From IMG/VR virus record IMGVR_UViG_3300022751_000016, positions 1 through 64,000 of that record: a stretch of 64,000 nucleotides of DNA; one strand, written 5' to 3'. Position 1 is the stretch's first letter. Every line of letters starts with the position of its first letter. The position numbers and the translations under genes are program-made. The notes beneath the pieces were generated by a model. The model was not told the origin of the DNA, made no database searches, and saw only the letters and a program-made list of their open reading frames with translations. The DNA is from a virus. This document shows, piece after piece, positions 38,640 to 49,644 of the stretch.

Positions 38640-38916
38640 GAGATTTTTAGAATTAAGTAAAGAGTTTACTGTAAAATCACATGAAGTATATGAAGGATTT
38701 GAAGAGACTTACGGAAATATAACAATAAATGGCGGAATTTGTTACACTAGTGTAGGATGTACTACAACAAATGGATATCAGACTCCAACAAAACTAGAAC
38801 AGTTTACAAAATCTCAACAAGAGAAGATTGAAAAAGCGCAAAGATACGAAGAATACTTAAAGTTGCAATCTGATTTATTAGAGTATTACACAGCAAAAGA
38901 AAAATTAAACAATTAA
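38623..38916 (+). CDS. Hypothetical protein
   Basis: Packed ORF. Confidence 0.5.
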   Translation: MENKIKRFLELSKEFTVKSHEVYEGFEETYGNITINGGICYTSVGCTTTNGYQTPTKLEQFTKSQQEKIEKAQRYEEYLKLQSDLLEYYTAKEKLNN

Positions 38917-38936
38917 ATATAAACAAGGAAAGCAAA

Positions 38937-39659
38937 ATGGCAACAAAGTATTTACAGATTAACTACCAAGACGGAAATATTTTTCAGTTCTCAAAGACTG
39001 AACAAGAAGGGTATGAACCGCACACAAACACAAAAGGAACAATTTCATACAGAAAGATTTATAATAAAGGTCTTTATGGAACATTAAAAGGAGTGACAAT
39101 TAGAGAAAGTGATTTTGGAAAAGAGATTTCAATTGCAGTTGTAGATAATGTAGGGGACAATGTTTACCTTAATTTACCTCTTTTTGATGCTAAGAAAAAT
39201 TTAGCAAGTTATGCAGAATCATTTATCACAGTACTTCCTCAATTAAAATTAGGAAACCCTTATAGATTTTATGCTTATAATATTAAAGAAGAAGGTCAAA
39301 AATATTCTAAAGTTGGTATTTCAGTAGCTCACGCAGATATTCAAGCAGAAACCGCAGATAAAGAAAATAAAATTACCAAGTTATCTTACACTTATACAAA
39401 AGATGGTAAAGAAGTAAAAGGAGACGTACCAGCAATTTTGTGGGAAGAAGATTATACAGGAGCAAGAACTATGAATGCAACAGCTAAAAATAAATATCTT
39501 TATGATGTTTTGATGGCAAATGTAGGAGAATCAACTCAACAACCAACTGCTAGTGTAGGCGCACCACGACCTAAAACCACTACAAAAACAGCTTCAGAAG
39601 CTTTTGAGCCAGCAACTAATTTAAATCAGAAAGAACCTACGGATTTACCCTTTGCTTAA
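38937..39659 (+). CDS. Single-stranded DNA-binding protein
   Basis: Beta-rich core, flexible Pro/Thr tail ending in DLPFA. Confidence 0.65.
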   Translation: MATKYLQINYQDGNIFQFSKTEQEGYEPHTNTKGTISYRKIYNKGLYGTLKGVTIRESDFGKEISIAVVDNVGDNVYLNLPLFDAKKNLASYAESFITVLPQLKLGNPYRFYAYNIKEEGQKYSKVGISVAHADIQAETADKENKITKLSYTYTKDGKEVKGDVPAILWEEDYTGARTMNATAKNKYLYDVLMANVGESTQQPTASVGAPRPKTTTKTASEAFEPATNLNQKEPTDLPFA

Positions 39660-39668
39660 GTATTGATT

Positions 39669-40562
39669 ATGAGGAAGTTACAACAGACAAGAATACACAA
39701 TCCACCCGAAGTATTAGGTAATTGTTTTCCTACCGTTATAGCTTGCTTCTTAGATTTAGATTCTCCTGATGATGTTATTCAAATTCAGGAGAAATACCAA
39801 GAAAAGGACTGGAATATTCAGTTATTTAATTGGTTAAAAGAAAGAGGCTGGGTTTGGAAAACTATTTCAGGTCATTTATATGACGATTCTTTTTACACAG
39901 TTACAGGTAAAGTAAGTAGAAATGGAGCAAGTCATATTTGTATTTATAGAAATGGAGAGTTATACCACGACCCAAATCCTTGTAATTCAGGTTTAATAAG
40001 TGAAGATGTTTTTGAAACTTTTACTAAAGAGTCTAAAATTTGCTTTAAATGTAATAAGATGAAGTTGCTTACAGACTATTATAAGCATAAACAAATGGGT
40101 GATGGTTTATTAGGTAAATGCAAATCTTGCACAAAAGAAGATACTAAAGCAAGAACTGCAATCAATACGTCAACACCAGAGGGTTTAGAAAAAGAAAGAG
40201 AGCGTCATAGAGATAAATATCACAGATTAGGTTATAAGGATGTTCATAAACCTACAGCCGAAGTAAGATACGAAAACACTGTGAGGCATAGATTAAAATA
40301 CCCTGAAAAACACAAGGCTAAAAATGCAACACAGACTTTAACTAGAACAGAAGGAAATCATTTACATCATTGGAGTTACAATCAACAGCATTGGAAAGAT
40401 TGTATTGAAATGGACGTTATTAATCACGCTAAATTACATAGGTTTATAGTGTATGATAATGATACATTTTATTACAACGATTTAGATGGAATACCTTTAG
40501 ATACGAAAGAAAAACACGAAAATTACATTAAACAACTAGGAATAGAAATTTATAAACAGTAA
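39669..40562 (+). CDS. Fusion: papain/C39-like peptidase domain + HNH endonuclease domain
   Basis: Q...GNCF...SHICI...HDP, then CFKC...CKSC...HHWSY...H.KLH. Confidence 0.6.
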   Translation: MRKLQQTRIHNPPEVLGNCFPTVIACFLDLDSPDDVIQIQEKYQEKDWNIQLFNWLKERGWVWKTISGHLYDDSFYTVTGKVSRNGASHICIYRNGELYHDPNPCNSGLISEDVFETFTKESKICFKCNKMKLLTDYYKHKQMGDGLLGKCKSCTKEDTKARTAINTSTPEGLEKERERHRDKYHRLGYKDVHKPTAEVRYENTVRHRLKYPEKHKAKNATQTLTRTEGNHLHHWSYNQQHWKDCIEMDVINHAKLHRFIVYDNDTFYYNDLDGIPLDTKEKHENYIKQLGIEIYKQ

Positions 40563-40728
40563 AAACAATGTACCAAATAACAGAACAAGGACTTAGAGAA
40601 TTAGAAACTTACATTCAAGAAATTCCATTTAAATATGCAAACACTATACTGAAATTACTAGGAAATAGTGTTAGTAAGTTAGACGAACCCAAAACCAAAA
40701 CAGAAGAAAACCCAAAGAAATAAAGTCC

Positions 40729-41064
40729 ATGACAGAACAAAAAACAAACATAACAGAATACAGCTACCCAACAGAAACTAAAGTGGAAATTTTAGGAAGT
40801 GTATTACTAGCCTTACTAAATCTACTTAACGATGTACACACCAATGAAGGACGGATGGTATTATTAGCAGACTTACCAAATGAAAATGGAGAATTAGTAG
40901 AAGCCTCGCCAATTGAATTTTTTCAACAACAACCTAGAAGAGCTCTTACAGATTTAGGCGCGAGTGCTTTAGATTTAAAACTGTTCTTAGAAGAAGTACA
41001 CTTAAGAAATATTGAAAATAATATAGCTATAAAGAATGAAGAAATCGGGTCATTCAAAATTTAA
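40729..41064 (+). CDS. Hypothetical protein
   Basis: Packed ORF. Confidence 0.5.
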   Translation: MTEQKTNITEYSYPTETKVEILGSVLLALLNLLNDVHTNEGRMVLLADLPNENGELVEASPIEFFQQQPRRALTDLGASALDLKLFLEEVHLRNIENNIAIKNEEIGSFKI

Positions 41065-41287
41065 TTATCATACTACGTGGGCACAGGAAGTGAAGAATGA
41101 GCTTGGAGCTTCCTATGTCTCGTGGGAAAATAATAAAGGAAAGTACAGTCTAATTATAGGACTAGAAACCACAGACGGCGAAAAAAGAAAACTAAATATT
41201 CCTATTAATGGTACACCAATGGATACAACTCCTGAACATTATATGGAACTTATTAAAAAATTAAAGAATGCAGACAGAGAGATATAG
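41036..41287 (+). CDS. Hypothetical protein
   Basis: Packed ORF. Confidence 0.45.
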   Translation: MKKSGHSKFNYHTTWAQEVKNELGASYVSWENNKGKYSLIIGLETTDGEKRKLNIPINGTPMDTTPEHYMELIKKLKNADREI

Positions 41288-41446
41288 AATGTTATATGAG
41301 GCTTTATTAGAAGATGGAGATTTATTAACTTTATTTCCAGAGCTAAAAAGAAAAGACAGAGAAAATAATTGGGAGACAGATAAAAATAAATTCATTAAAC
41401 TACAAGAAGAGCAAGAAAAAGCTTTAAATATAAACGTTGAAGACTA

Positions 41447-42940
41447 ATGGGAGTTATTTTAAATAATAAGAAGATTATTGAGGGTGTTAATATTGTTGCT
41501 AACGCTGTTAAATATACTATGGGTGCAGAAGGAGGTCTTGCAATAATTGACAATATGCAACATGTTACAATAAGTAAAGATGGCGTGACGGTGTGCAAAG
41601 AAATACACTTAGAAGATGTAGTTGAAAATATGGGAGCTTCTCTTATGAAAGAGGCAGCTTTAAAAACTCTAAAAGAAGCAGGTGATGGTACTTCAACTAC
41701 TTGTGTATTGGCACAAGCCTTAATAAATAAGGGTAAGCAGCTTATTGAAAGCGGAGTTTCCCATGTTGAAATTAGAGAAGGAATTTTACAAGCTAAAAAT
41801 GATGTAATTGACCGACTAAATTCACATTCTAGGAGAACAAATAAGAAAGATGTTTATAGGGTTGCTAAAGTAGCTGCCAATGGAGACGAAGAAATTGCAA
41901 AACTTATAAAAAAAGCTTATGAATCTATCAGTTTAGACGGAATGATTGAGGTAATTAGCACAGCAAATAAGGAAACTACCTTGGAAGTTAATGAAGGTCT
42001 AAAGATAGATAAAGGTTATTTTTCAGACCACTTTATAACCGACACAGTTAAAAAAACGGCAGTACTTACAAATGTTAAAATTTTAGCTATTGATGGTAGT
42101 ATTCCAGAAGATTTTGTCAAGTTGTTAATGCCTGCAATTAAAGAATGTGAAAAAGATAATAGCAGTTTATTTATTATCTGTGATGAAATACATAATACCG
42201 CAGCAGGCTCTTTAATTAGAAATAAACTAAATAATACTCTAGCTTCATGTGTAATTAAAAATCCACTCTACGGAAAAGGAAAATTAGAATTATTACAAGA
42301 TGTAGAAGCTTATACTGGAGCTAAAATGTTAAAACTAGGAGTTAGCGAAGATTATACATTAGGGACTGCTGAAAGAATTGTTATAAATGAAAACGAGACG
42401 CTTATACAAAAAAATGAATCATCAGAATTTTTAGATGAGTATATAAAGTCTGTTAAATTACAGGAAAATAGTGAAAAAAGACTCTCTAATCTATCATCTA
42501 ATTTAGCTACACTTTTTATAGGTGGGGATAGCCCTTCAGAGATGTCTGAGAAGTATGACAGAGCAGAAGATTCAGTTTTAGCAGTTAAGTCTGCACTTAG
42601 TTCAGGAATTGTTGCAGGAGGAGGAAGTACTTTCGAATATATTTCAAAAGAGTTATCTTCAAATAATGTGGGGTACAGTATACTGTTAGACAGTATTAGA
42701 GCTCCATATAAACAAATTCTTAAAAATGCTGGAATAAAAGCTTCATTTTTTAAAACTATTCCTAAAATAAAAAAATATGGAGAAGTTTACAATGTAAAAA
42801 CTAGAAAAGTAGAAGAAATGGAATTAAATGGTATTCTTGATTCTACAAAGGTATTAAAAACAGCCTTGGAAAGTGCAGTATCAATAGCAATATTAATATT
42901 ATCTACAAAAATATCTATAACAACAGAAAAAAGCAAATGA
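41447..42940 (+). CDS. groEL: Group I chaperonin GroEL
   Basis: TMGAEG, ISKDGVTV, AGDGTSTT, EKYDRAED, GIVAGGG, GILDSTKV. Confidence 0.92.
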   Translation: MGVILNNKKIIEGVNIVANAVKYTMGAEGGLAIIDNMQHVTISKDGVTVCKEIHLEDVVENMGASLMKEAALKTLKEAGDGTSTTCVLAQALINKGKQLIESGVSHVEIREGILQAKNDVIDRLNSHSRRTNKKDVYRVAKVAANGDEEIAKLIKKAYESISLDGMIEVISTANKETTLEVNEGLKIDKGYFSDHFITDTVKKTAVLTNVKILAIDGSIPEDFVKLLMPAIKECEKDNSSLFIICDEIHNTAAGSLIRNKLNNTLASCVIKNPLYGKGKLELLQDVEAYTGAKMLKLGVSEDYTLGTAERIVINENETLIQKNESSEFLDEYIKSVKLQENSEKRLSNLSSNLATLFIGGDSPSEMSEKYDRAEDSVLAVKSALSSGIVAGGGSTFEYISKELSSNNVGYSILLDSIRAPYKQILKNAGIKASFFKTIPKIKKYGEVYNVKTRKVEEMELNGILDSTKVLKTALESAVSIAILILSTKISITTEKSK

Positions 42941-43200
42941 AATTAGAATTTTTAGGAAATGAAATAGTGTTTGAACCTATTGAAAGCGTAAGCAGCGGCT
43001 TTGTTACAGGTGAAGAAAAGTTAAAACAAGGTAAAATACTTTACGTAGGTAAATCATCTAAATTAGGGTATAATGAGGGTGACTCAATAGTTTATGAAGA
43101 TGGACTTATGATTACAAAAAAGAATATTTTAGGGACGGATTACAGTATTATTTCGGAATTAGGTATAACTTGTAGAATTATTGAAGATGAAACAACATAA
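42937..43200 (+). CDS. groES: Co-chaperonin GroES-like protein
   Basis: 87 aa, LGNEIVFEP..SSGF..GKILYVG..GDSIVY; ATGA-coupled to groEL. Confidence 0.7.
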   Translation: MKLEFLGNEIVFEPIESVSSGFVTGEEKLKQGKILYVGKSSKLGYNEGDSIVYEDGLMITKKNILGTDYSIISELGITCRIIEDETT

Positions 43201-43900
43201 AATTTGGATTGCATTAGCTATTTGCGTAATGTTTGTGTATTTTTTAAGAACTTGCTCAAATAATAGCTTGCAAAGAACGGTGGGAAAGAATGAAGTACTA
43301 AAAGAAGCTGTTGAAAAAGTAAAAGACGGTACAGAAGTTAATGAGCTTAAACGGTTGCGAGAAAGAGATTCTATTATTAAGGAAAACTCGGCTAAAGAAA
43401 AGCAAATAAAACAGTTGAGGGATAAGATATCTGAGAGTGATTTTAAAATTGCAGACTTAAAAGTGCAAATAAGCAAAGATAAGCTTAAGATTAAGGATAT
43501 GAATTTATCTAGAATTGCAGATACTCTTAACTCTTTTTATGGTGGAAAAAACGCTATAGCAAATCAATCAGATATTTCAATTAAATCAGTTCTGCCTAAT
43601 CAAATAGTGGAAACTTATGTTGAAAATGAATTTAACAAGAATGTTGTCGCAGAAAAAGATAAACAGATAGTTGTTTTTGACAGTATTGTAGGAGCTAAAG
43701 ATAAGATTATTTACAGTAAAAGTATTCTCTTAGTTTCGGCGGAAAAAAGCGTAGAAGAACATAAAGAAGTGATTAAAGTACAAGAAGAATTTAGTCAAGG
43801 TATTGTAAAAGAAAATAGGAAAATTAAGACTAAGAGTGTTTTCAGTCAAATACTGGCAGTGGGAGTTGGAGCAATTGCAGGATTTTTAATAGCAAAGTAG
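43187..43900 (+). CDS. Spanin-like protein
   Basis: N-terminal hydrophobic segment ending LRTC, coiled coil, C-terminal TM. Confidence 0.55.
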   Translation: MKQHKIWIALAICVMFVYFLRTCSNNSLQRTVGKNEVLKEAVEKVKDGTEVNELKRLRERDSIIKENSAKEKQIKQLRDKISESDFKIADLKVQISKDKLKIKDMNLSRIADTLNSFYGGKNAIANQSDISIKSVLPNQIVETYVENEFNKNVVAEKDKQIVVFDSIVGAKDKIIYSKSILLVSAEKSVEEHKEVIKVQEEFSQGIVKENRKIKTKSVFSQILAVGVGAIAGFLIAK

Positions 43901-43923
43901 TATTATAATTATTTATTTTTTAG

Positions 43924-43952
43924 AGGAGGAGATGTAAATTTCCTCCTTTTTT
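43924..43952 (+). terminator. Intrinsic terminator
   Basis: AGGAGGA/TCCTCCT stem followed by a T-run. Confidence 0.75.
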
Positions 43953-43953
43953 A

Positions 43954-43985
43954 TTTGGTAGTTATTTAAAAAAGAGTTATATTTG
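43954..43985 (+). promoter_or_regulatory. Bacteroidota-type promoter
   Basis: TTTG-N20-TATATTTG. Confidence 0.7.
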
Positions 43986-44004
43986 TAGTGTAAAATAATA
44001 GACT

Positions 44005-46032
44005 ATGTTAGTACGATTAGAAAGTGTCAAAAATTCCGAGCAGGTTTTAGTAATTGACGAAATAGGTAGATTTTTAGGTGAAATTAATGAAGTTGAATTC
44101 TTTTTAGATTGTATATTAGATGATGAGGACATTTTAGAAGAGGATGATTATGTTTATTATAAAGTTGATAAGGAATGTTTAAATAAATTGTTATAATGGA
44201 AAAAGAATTTATACCATATGAAGAGGCATTAGCTTTAAAAGAATTAGGATTTGATGAACCTTGTTTTGGATTTTACTTCCCAAATACTACATTAATTCAA
44301 ATACATACAACAGGTTTTCCTAATGATAAAAAAGATTGTGTTCTAGCACCAACATTTTTTCAAACCTTTAGGTGGTTTAGAGAGAAGTATAGTTTAGATG
44401 GGTGGGTTGTGCCTTATCATTCATTAAAAGGTAAAAAATACTCTTATATAATTGAAGGTTCGGATTTTTACTTAGAGTACGACACTGAAGAATTAGACTT
44501 TGATACTTACGAAGAAGCAGAATTAGAATGTCTTAAAAAATTAATAGAAATCGCCAAAAAAGACGATAATTAAAAATATCGCGTTAAAAAACGATAGAAT
44601 GAAAAAGTTATGATAAGGTATATTTATAATAAAGAAAAACAAACAGTTGAACTTTTATCAGGAGGTTCTTTTGAAGAATTAGAAGATTTGATTAATAAGT
44701 TTAAAGACTGTTCTTTTATTATTTCGCGCGAAAAAGCTGAGAATAAAGGTGTATTAGTCGGAGGAGTCTATAAAACAGTAATATCAGGGATAGAACATAA
44801 TTAGCGTAGTATGACAACAGAGAGATTTAAAGAACTAGAAGACAGAAATAAAGATAATCCAATGCAATTATGTTTTGAAATCTTTAACGAAGAGAAATCC
44901 AGAATACCATTATCTCAGTTTGAACAGATGTTTACAGCTTGGTTACATTTATTTAAAGGCGGAGATATATATTCAGCAATAGAGTATTTTAAAAATAATA
45001 AAGTGAAATGATACAGTACTTAATAGAAGGTGACAAATACATTTTACACTATCAAGAATTGAAAGAGAAGTATATATTGCATATCGCGATGTCAGATGAA
45101 GAGTTTATGAAAAATTTACCATCAGCTCTACATTTAGCGTGTGTTATCTGTTTCTTGAAAGAGATTCCAACATATATTTGTTTGAGTGATAAGGGCGTTA
45201 TACATGAGTTAACACACTTAATTCAACACGGAACGGATGAGTTAATAGTTTTGAAAGATATTAGAAAAGTGTTTAAACAACAATTGAAATTAGCATGAAA
45301 ATAACAAAAACCAAAGAGATAATTACAGAAGAAGTTCAAATTAAGACAGGAACTTACTACTTCGAAGATGAAAATATAATAGCTTACAAATTTGTACTGC
45401 ATGAGCCAGAAGAAGATTATTCAGAATATGAGTTGGAAACCCTTCAAAGTTATGCTAATTTAAATAGTATTAAAATAAAAGAAGACGGAGCTTGGGATGA
45501 GAATGATTTACCTTATGTATTTAAACAATTTATTTTAGGTATTTCTGGAAAAGAGATTTTAAAAGAAGATTACTATAAGGAAAGACAACAGATATTAGAA
45601 AAGTTATGCAAGTAGGAGATAAAACAACAATGTATTTTGATTGCTTCGGAGTTACAAGTGAAGAAGATGTAATTGTAAGGAGTGTGGATAGAAATGGAAT
45701 AACTCTTCAAGACCAATATTTCAATGGAGAAGAGAATGAAGAATATTATTTGTTTTCTGTTGACACTGGAAAATGTTTAAACGAACCTAGGGCTGGATTC
45801 GGCGGGAAAAGAAGATTAAAAAAGTGAGATGAAAATAACAGAAAGAAGAATAGTGATTCAGAATTGGTATGAAACTGAATTATCTAAAACAGGTTGGGAC
45901 ACTTACGGCTGGATGTTTAAAGATGACTATCAAGGACTTCTTTTAGGTTGGAAAATTGTAGAAATACTTCAATCTGATAAATATGGAAATCTTGTTACAG
46001 GTATCGCCGAAAAAGAAACTAAGATAAAATGA
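44005..46032 (+). other. Run of small hypothetical ORFs (44005-44196, 44196-44573, 44610-44804, 44811-45011, 45008-45298, 45295-45615, 45606-45827, 45829-46032)
   Basis: Co-oriented ORFs with overlapping or abutting start/stop codons. Confidence 0.55.
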
Positions 46033-46541
46033 AATACGAAAAATTAGTAAGACTAGAAAATAATCTAAACTCAATAGAAGAGGTTTGTACTATATCTCAC
46101 CTACAAGATGTAAACACAGATTTAATTTTATCTTTGTGCGGTAAGAAAATAGGTTCGGGAGTTTATAGAGCAGTCTATGAATACAATTTTGACGATAGTT
46201 ATGTAATTAAAATAGAACCTAATAACACCGAATGCAATATAACTGAATACATGCTTTGGGATGAAATTAGAGGTTTGTGTGGAGATTTGGAATGGGTTAA
46301 AGATTGGTTCGCTCCCGTTTTATGGATGTCCCCAAATGGTAAAATCCTAGTTATGAAAAAGACGGAAGAAAAACCTAATAAGGAAAGACCTAAAGAAATT
46401 CCAGCATTTTTAACAGATTTAAAAAGAGATAATTTCGGTTGGATTGGTAACAAATTTGTTTGTCATGATTATGGATTTATTCATAAGTTTATAAAGTACG
46501 AAAATAAAATGCAAAAAATTAAAAAAGATTGCTGGTGGTAA
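46029..46541 (+). CDS. Minimal Ser/Thr protein kinase-like protein
   Basis: IGSGVYRAVY, VIKI, E helix, DLKRDN, HDYG. Confidence 0.72.
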   Translation: MKYEKLVRLENNLNSIEEVCTISHLQDVNTDLILSLCGKKIGSGVYRAVYEYNFDDSYVIKIEPNNTECNITEYMLWDEIRGLCGDLEWVKDWFAPVLWMSPNGKILVMKKTEEKPNKERPKEIPAFLTDLKRDNFGWIGNKFVCHDYGFIHKFIKYENKMQKIKKDCWW

Positions 46542-46736
46542 ATAAAGAAGTTGTAAAAAAAGCAGATATTAACTATCCTATGGAAGGAATCAATCACATA
46601 TTTAAGACCAATGAACAAAATAAGACAGGGATTAAAAAGTTTGGTAGGTTTAGATATATTAGTAATAAAGTCGAATCTGCAAAATAAACCTGACCACTTT
46701 ATTAAATAAAAGTAACTTTATCATAAAGCAAAAAAT

Positions 46737-47291
46737 ATGGCACTAGAAAGAACAGTTAAAATGAAAAACGTACAAGTTAAAGAAGAAAGTAAAAGACCTA
46801 AAACAGATTTCGAACCACCAAAAGGAGTCCGAAAAGAAGTTGACTATGATAGTAAAGCAGATACTCTTCTACACATTAAAAGAGTAGCACAACTATTAAC
46901 TGAAGCATCGGTTGAATTAATTAGACGTGCAAATATTCACGATAATTCAAAACTTGAGAGCCCTGAAAAAGAATTGTTTGATGAATTTACTCCTAAATTG
47001 AAAGATTGTACATTTGGCTCTGACGAATATAAAGGTTTTTTAAAAGGTTTAAGGGTTGCACTTGTCCATCACTACGAAAATAACAGTCATCATCCAGAAC
47101 ATTATGAAAATGGAGTAAACGGTTTTGACCTATTTGATTTAGTTGAAATGTTTTTTGATTGGAAAGCCGCAACAGAAAGGATGAAAGATGGAGATATTTA
47201 TAAATCAATTGCAATAAATAAAGAACGTTTTGATTTATCTGAACAAGTGGCAGATATTTTCACAAACACATCTAAAAGACTAAACTATTAA
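46737..47291 (+). CDS. DUF5662-like HD-type protein
   Basis: HIKRV...HDNSK...HHYENNSHHPEHY...DW.AA. Confidence 0.7.
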   Translation: MALERTVKMKNVQVKEESKRPKTDFEPPKGVRKEVDYDSKADTLLHIKRVAQLLTEASVELIRRANIHDNSKLESPEKELFDEFTPKLKDCTFGSDEYKGFLKGLRVALVHHYENNSHHPEHYENGVNGFDLFDLVEMFFDWKAATERMKDGDIYKSIAINKERFDLSEQVADIFTNTSKRLNY

Positions 47292-47293
47292 TT

Positions 47294-47509
47294 ATGTGGA
47301 AAGAAATATTAGCACTTATTTTGGGGTTTGCAACTTTAGGTTTAGTGTTTACTTATGCGGAGAATTCTGCCGCCGAACAAAAGATTAAAAACATAGATAA
47401 ATTATATCGACTAAAAATGGATTTAGAAAATGTAAAGTCAATGCAAGAAACAGATAGTCTGATAAAAGATACTGAACGATTAATTGATTTAATGAATAAT
47501 ATAAAATAA
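47294..47509 (+). CDS. Small membrane-anchored protein
   Basis: N-terminal TM. Confidence 0.5.
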   Translation: MWKEILALILGFATLGLVFTYAENSAAEQKIKNIDKLYRLKMDLENVKSMQETDSLIKDTERLIDLMNNIK

Positions 47510-47510
47510 A

Positions 47511-47960
47511 GTGGAGGACATAGACGGAATTCACCATATAAATATCTATTCCAAGGGTAAGACAGAGATAGGTAGATGGTTAAGTAACTTCGCTTATTCT
47601 CCTGTGCAAACTGAGCATGGTTGGTTTGATTCTTTAGAAGGTTATTGGTATTGGCACACTACTTTAAATGACAGGCTTAGAGAAGTTCATGGATTCGCTG
47701 CCAAAAAGCTCGGAAAAGAAAGCGAAAAATTAATAGAAATACTAGATGAGGTATTCAAAGAAAAAATCTGTAGAGCTTTAGATGCTAAATTAAAAACTCG
47801 TTCTAAGTGGGTGTCAGAACAATGTAGCTTACCGTTGAAACATTATTATGAGTATGGAAGTGGGGAGTCCGCCAAAAGAGTTGAAAAACAAGAGTATAAT
47901 TGGATAACAGAGCACATACAAAATAGAGTAAATCAATTAAGAGAATATTATAAATTATGA
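47511..47960 (+). CDS. NADAR-like protein
   Basis: LSNFAYSP, F.SLEGYW, AAKKLGK motifs. Confidence 0.6.
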   Translation: MEDIDGIHHINIYSKGKTEIGRWLSNFAYSPVQTEHGWFDSLEGYWYWHTTLNDRLREVHGFAAKKLGKESEKLIEILDEVFKEKICRALDAKLKTRSKWVSEQCSLPLKHYYEYGSGESAKRVEKQEYNWITEHIQNRVNQLREYYKL

Positions 47961-49298
47961 AATATAAATTAAAATATCTAATACCTTTTATTCCTATTAT
48001 TGGATTTGTAGTAGTACTGTGTGGGAACACTAACAGTTGGTTTAACAAAGATGAGTACGGTAATTTTGAATCTATTTTAGATGACCCTTATATATTTCTT
48101 TATAGCGCTTTTTGGCAAGGGGGGACTACAGCCTTAATTATAACAAAATGTTTAGGAATATGGTAGAACAAGTTAGAAATAGGAGACAGTTGTTTTTAGG
48201 TAAAAAAGTTTGGCATAAAGATGTCTATAACGGCAAAGAACAACTAGAAGTAGTTGGAATAAGATATAATGAAATAGAATTAAAAGGAGACTATTCTGGA
48301 GTAGGGCTAGATAACAGTTCGTGTTGGCTACCTTTAGATGGAGTCCTTGTAGATTCATTGGAAAATAAAGGTGCGGATTTATGACAGAAAATCAAAAACA
48401 ATTAAAAATAGCTTTTGTTAAATCCAATTACGGCGAGACAAAAGGATATAAAGTAATGGAAACGTGGAGTGGCTCTGGAGAGTATAAAGATGAAAATAAT
48501 CTAATAGATAACGTAGAGTTTGAAGCTGAATTACATTACTGCGGATTTTCAAGAGGAAGAAGTAGTTTAAACATAGCTTTGGCAGACCATAGAAAAAGAA
48601 TTATCTACTATTCAGGAATGAGTTTATTAGACGAAGCTTTAAAAGGCGGAATTGTTCAGGGAGATAAAATTACAGGAACATTCTGTTTTAAGAAACAGGG
48701 AACATCAATATTATTACAACAGATATGAGCATATTAAGTGGGTCAGGAATTAAAGAAAAAGAAACAGTAGGTCAAGAGTTCATTGAATGGGCTGAAAAAT
48801 ATTGGTTATTAGATAAGTTGGTAAAAATAGAAACACCTGATGAATTTGCAGGAGAAAAATGCGATTACGATTATATGCGTAATATTTTCATTGAAAAGAT
48901 AAACAAGATTATTAAAGATAGGTTATAAAATAGATATGACAGTGGAAGATTCAGCAGGGATGACGAATACATAATTGAAGAAGTAAAATCGCGGGTAAAA
49001 AATAATTAAACAAAAATAGAAAAAAATGACATTAGAACAAATCAAAAACAGACAAGAGAGAATTAATGACCAATTATTTGGATTATTAAAAAACACGGAA
49101 AGTGTAGTTTTAACAATTATAGGAGATATCCCTTCAGAAGAGCAAGATTTAAAGTCAGAAACACCCTCAGGACTACTACAAGAAATAAGCGCGTATCAAA
49201 ATAGGACAGAATATTTAATAGAGCAGATTAATCGTTATAATGAGCTTTTAACAAGCCGCACTTATACTCCAGTGGAAGCTGTTTGTCAAGCGAGATAA
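47957..49298 (+). other. Run of small hypothetical ORFs (47957-48166, about 48160-48384, 48381-48728, 48725-48928, 49026-49298)
   Basis: Coupled co-oriented ORFs. Confidence 0.5.
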
Positions 49299-49308
49299 TA
49301 AAGACACT

Positions 49309-49337
49309 TCCCTTCAGCCTTAAAAAAGTTGGAGGGA
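49309..49337 (+). terminator. Hairpin/terminator
   Basis: TCCCTTCAGC/GTTGGAGGGA stem after a stop codon. Confidence 0.5.
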
Positions 49338-49644
49338 TTTAAATAATAAAAACTATGAAAATAAAATACCCAACATTAACTGAGATTAAATATGAAGATT
49401 TATCACAAGAACAGTTGATAGGGTTAAATAATTTATTAAAAATACAGCCGACTACTTCAAAAAGTACAATTATATACATTCCTAAAAATAGGTATTTAAT
49501 ATATTAGACGTTTTAAGGCAATATTTTTATATAAGTTATAACATTATACCAGAAAACTACAAACGTTTCTTAAAATGCCTAAAAAATAGTAAATTTTAAA
49601 TCATTGAATATATTTATAAACATAATTCGGCGGGAAAAGAAAAG

